Assembly: GCA_001949185.1 (NCBI GenBank) | Contig: BDGG01000015.1 | Location: 625,036 to 689,035 of the forward strand | From: Ramazzottius varieornatus | Taxonomy: Eukaryota; Animalia; Tardigrada | Direction: 5' to 3' | DNA length: 64,000 nt | Position numbers and translations under genes: made by a program | In this document: in pieces, positions 59,583 to 64,000 of the stretch | How positions within the stretch are numbered: position 1 is the first letter of the stretch | Layout: each line of letters begins with the position of its first letter | Notes under the pieces: generated by a model | The model's database searches: none | Seen by the model: only the letters and a program-made list of their open reading frames with translations | What the model was told of the DNA's origin: nothing

Positions 59583-60283
59583 CTTCGTAAAGAGTACAGT
59601 CAACAGAGAACCACAGTGGGAGAACTGATCACTGATTACAGAAGACGAGCGAATGCCCAGCAACGGAAGTCTGAGAAAGGAAGAGTTTTCTACACTTTGA
59701 TCTGGAGAAAATAGAAACCGCTGTACGCCAACTGGAGTGCAATGGAGGTCTTCGCCTAGTTTCTATTTTTCGGAACACATTCAGGTATATTCGCAAACTC
59801 CGCCTCGTAGCTGTCAGTATTCAGTAGTTAAGGTTTGCATCCTCCACCCTTTAGAGAGGTCAAAGTTCAAACCGACGCGCCGGGTGTGGCCCGCGCAGCA
59901 CTCCCGCAAGCCCACCGTAAAAACTTTGCCCCGCGGGCCGAAGGGTTGTGTAGCATGTTGCCCTGTCAGCGCAGCTGCGCTTGATGTTTGTCAAAATTTT
60001 CAAGGCAACAGTCTTCAGTCTTTTTATGACACGTTGGCCATCGCTGTGACCTGATTTCCTCAAGAACCTTGTGCTTCTGCTTCTTGATCCTTGCAGGTGG
60101 TGGGGAACGGAGAACCACCTTGTAGCAGCCATTCCGTCGAACGTCGAAACTCGCCCGTCAGAGACGACGTCTTCTCGCTGCAGTCGAGTTCCGTGCTCCA
60201 CATCGGAAGATCGCTCTGCGGGTGTTTGTCAATCGTAACTGATCTATCATCTAGGAACACCCATTCCGCGACGTAAACTCATC

Positions 60284-63183
60284 ATGTCCGACGACAATCC
60301 CAGCAAATCGGACGTAGCAGCCGTTCTGAAACTGCTTCGCGGTAAACCCAGCAATAAGGTACGACATAGTCACATATTCTCGAATTTATGCTTGATTGAA
60401 TCGTTTGGTTTGAATAGAACAGAAGGTAATAATCTTGTTTTCCCAGCTGGCGCACGCTTTTACCCGATTACAACGAAAACGTGCGTCACTTGAGAAAACG
60501 ACCTGGTACCACGTCCCAGTTATTCCTCTGTCTGTTTGCAGACGTGTTTCGATTGCGGACAGAAGAACCCAACATGGGCCAGTGTGACTTACGGCGTCTT
60601 TCTGTGTATCGACTGCTCAGCCGTCCATCGGAGTCTGGGTGTACATCTGACCTTCATCCGAAGTACCCAGCTGGACACCAACTGGTCCTGGATGCAGTTA
60701 CGAGCCATGCAACTCGGGGGAAATGCCCACGCTGTAAGAATGCATCAATCGTTTTCGACTTTAGTTTTTGTGCGTATCGTTGTGAGGAACAAGATGGAGG
60801 CTTTCTTTTTCAGACGGAATTCTTCCGGTCACATGGTTGCACGAGCACGGATGCTCAGCAAAAGTACAACAGTCGAGCTGCCCAATTGTACAGGGAAAAG
60901 CTGCAACAGATGGCTATACAGGCTATGAAGATTCATGGCGCGAAGGTGTGTGAAAGAGTCTTGTAGAGGTTGGCGATTCAACTCGTCTATGTGGGCGTTC
61001 AGCTCGTGGTTGAAACTCAGCAGACAAATTCACCAAGATGGTTTTTCAAGTGACGCGCGTTTTCAGTGTTACTGGCTGGGAGAGTGCGCCACTTGGTGGA
61101 ACAATCTAGTCAATCCTGATTATTTTCCCAAGTGGCGCATGTTTTGGCTGTTGTGAACTGAAAGCGTGCGCCAAGTGAAATGCTGTCTTCTCAGAGTTTG
61201 GTTGCCTTAGCAACCCCATGTCATGCTTTCATCATTGTAGCTCCATTTGGATACTCATTCCCACGAAGAACATACCGAAGAAACTTCGACGAAAGACAAG
61301 AAAGACCACGTGGACTTTTTTGAAGCGCATTCCGAGAACTCGGCTCCATCGTCGAACTGGACTCAAGACAAGACAGAAAATGGCAGTTCGAATGAGATGA
61401 GAAGGCCGAAGAATGGAAGCAACTCGGCCTTGTTAGACAGTAAGGGCATCGTCTGTCAATATCACTTCTTGCCCGCTCGACAATGCAGCTCATGTCTAAC
61501 ATTTAGTGTTCGCAGCTGAAGGCCCCTCAGTCGATTCCAAGCTGTACGAAGCTTCATCCTCCGACTCGAACCTGGTCGGAAAGCACACTCTGGCTTCGCG
61601 GAAGCATGGTAGTGGGGCTGGCGGACAAAAAAAGAGTGGTAAGATTGGGGCGCAGAAGGTGGATGTCAACTTTGAAGAGTTCGAGAAGCAGGCGGAAGAA
61701 TCGGAGAAGCGAAGACTGGATGCGCTGGCTAACCGAGCCGTCTTCGACGTCGCACCCTCACCCAACGACGATAAAACAAAGTACACTGCCGCCTTCTCTC
61801 CGTTTCTTTGTCCATATGCAACTGTTGATGACATTTTGTCCACTTGCAGGATGTCTTCGAGATTGACCTACCAGGATCAGGAAGTAGACCGGAAGAAAGA
61901 GGAAGAGCGGATCAAGAAGAGTGATCCGAAGAAAGCTGAACAGCTGGAGCGCCTGGGAATGGGAATTGGTGCTAGAGGGTTCGTATCCGCTAGCACGTGA
62001 ACATCTGAGGAAGAAGAAGCTCATGTTGTTTGGGGTTGTAGGAAGATTAGTCATTCCATCATGTCGGATATGACCAAGATCGAGCAGAGCGGAAACCGTC
62101 CTGGTAACAACCGTGGGGGCTCTGACCCGCCATCGACTCGCTCGTACGGCGCGGTGGATCGCCAGCCGGTCGACGAAGAGGAGGATGATGGATACTCGTG
62201 CTCTTCCAAGTCCAAACCTTTGAAGTCTGCCTATGCATAGTAAGTGACCGCTCACTTCCTCCCAACCATTGGGGACTTGGACAAGTTCGACCAGTCGTTT
62301 TCCCAAGTGGCGCCTGGTTTTTACTGGTGCCAGTAACACCGGATAAATCTGCCACTTCCGAAACCAACTAAACTCGATAAGATCGCTTTCCCAGATGGCG
62401 TACGCTTCCAGCCACTAACAGTAGAAACGTGCGCCACTTGGGATAATGATTTTGTCCAGTCTGGTTGATTTGCCAAGTGGCACACATTTCTGATGTTGAA
62501 GGCTGGAAGCGTGTGTGCCGCTTGAGAACTCATCCTGTCGGGTTTGTTTGCTCCCATTTGTGAAAGTTTTGACGGGGATTTTTATATGGACTTATTCTCC
62601 TAGTTCAAGAGAGGAGCCGTCAAAGACAGACTACGATGACGCTTCTTGGGATATGGGCAACATGAAGATTAGCGATAAGAAGAAGTCCTACGATGAGGAT
62701 AGCTATCAGTCTCCTTCGAACAACAAGAACCAGAGTTACTCGAAAAAGACTGAAATTTCCGCCTCGTCGGGTGATGACGCCCAGAAGAAGTTTGGTAATG
62801 CCAAGTCCATCTCATCTGATATGTACTTTGGAAATTCCTCTTCCGCCTCAGACGTAAGTCAGAAACGCTTAGAGGAAATTGACCTTCCTGAAATCAAGTT
62901 GTTGAATATTGGCTACTGTCTTCTTGTTTAGTGGGAAACGAAGAGTAACCTGAATCGGTTCGAAGGCAAGAATAGTATTTCCAGTGCAGATTACTTTGGT
63001 ACGTCTGACTCCTCTTCTTCGAACCGAGGCGGTGCCACTTCTGGTTACTCCAACATGAACGTTCAACCCCCGGATCTGAGTGAGCTGAAGGAAAGCGTCC
63101 GGCAAGGAGTGACCAAGGTGGCGGGAAGACTGTCCTCCATGGCTAGTAATGTTATGAGCAACCTCCAGGATCGTTACGGCTAG
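60284..63183 (+). CDS. ARFGAP2: ADP-ribosylation factor GTPase-activating protein 2/3 (Glo3-type ArfGAP)
   Basis: About 9 exons; [47 protein letters not shown]; KIGAQKV; [10 protein letters not shown]; Glo3 motifs [18 protein letters not shown] and [15 protein letters not shown]; ends LQDRYG* at 63181-63183. ARFGAP2 and ARFGAP3 cannot be distinguished here. Confidence 0.93.
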
Positions 63184-63757
63184 CATTCTCTTGCTTGTAC
63201 TTTCCTCACTAGATTATTTTACCCTAATTTTTCTCAGGCATCATTCGACTTGCTCCGAATTTAGAATTATCTTGGTACGAAAGAATTCAGCAGACCTCGA
63301 ATTTTGTAAGGCTTGTGTGGTGTCGAGTCGGGATTTAGACCGATTTGATACCCCTGCAATTTTATGTTTTCTTTATACGGCTTGATAATTATTTATTGCT
63401 GCCTTTTCCTTCTCTGCATAGTCCGGTTTCAAAGATTGGCTATCGTTTATGATTAACCTTTCTTTTGTCGAATAGTATACGTTGGTTTGTGAAGAAACGA
63501 CGACCTGCGTGATTTCACGAAGTACATAATAGCAAACAAACGGAACTTCGACTACCTTTCTGTCAAATTGCCGGAATGAAAATTCGTAAATGGGTCGACC
63601 TGGACTCTTTCAATTTGTGACAAGGCAATGAAACTCCACCGGCAAGAAAAAACAGCCGCATGTTACACATGATGGCCCTGGAATATTTCAAACATTTGTT
63701 TTAGTCGTTCAAAAACCGGTAGACTTGGGAAAAGCAAATTTGAGCCTTCAGCAGAAC

Positions 63758-64000
63758 TTAATGTTCAAAGTGAATATCTTCCGGCCTTGTCACACCGGCG
63801 TTTCGTTGTTGAGTTCGAGCGCAGAAAGGAAGGTGGCACTGTAGGCAATGTGCCGATGCACATCGTTGGCGGCGTGGGGTATCTGGTGGTACCTCGAAGC
63901 TCGTCGAATGACATGATCGGTCGACTTTGAGTTGGACGAGTTCTCGTTTCTTCTTTGGGATGTAGGGGACCGTGAAGTCCTGCAATTGCACTTCTGGACG
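63758..64000 (-). CDS. Probable last coding exon of a convergent gene running off the window
   Basis: Frame open to the window edge, ending TAA at 63758-63760 and followed by AT-rich UTR-like sequence; no recognised domain. Confidence 0.35.
   Translation of the reverse strand, partial: RPEVQLQDFTVPYIPKKKRELVQLKVDRSCHSTSFEVPPDTPRRQRCASAHCLQCHLPFCARTQQRNAGVTRPEDIHFEH

Overview
Eukaryotic (invertebrate animal-like) genomic DNA with short GT-AG introns. Two gene-dense flanks enclose a ~29-kb island of nested, decayed mobile elements. Left flank: an acidic low-complexity gene, a BTB-BACK-cyclophilin-like pseudogene, an intact Ack/TNK2 kinase gene, a decayed hAT transposase, a LINE 3' fragment and YY1/pho-like gene A. 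Central island (~20.6-49.4 kb): hAT, piggyBac-type and foldback MITEs with TSDs, a degenerate Polinton/Maverick-like block (protein-primed PolB carrying spliceosomal introns, a single-BIR IAP, a TBP-like gene), two Ty3/Gypsy remnants, a pogo-type transposase and a Helitron Pif1 fragment. Right flank: YY1-like gene B (inverted, with a zinc-finger exon near-identical to gene A), two RRM/F-box pseudogenes, CHP1 and ArfGAP2/3 head-to-head, and the 3' end of another gene. A short palindromic repeat (GTGGCGCAC-N25-GTGCGCCAC) occupies most of the longer host-gene introns. All calls come from reading motifs by eye; no database search was run.
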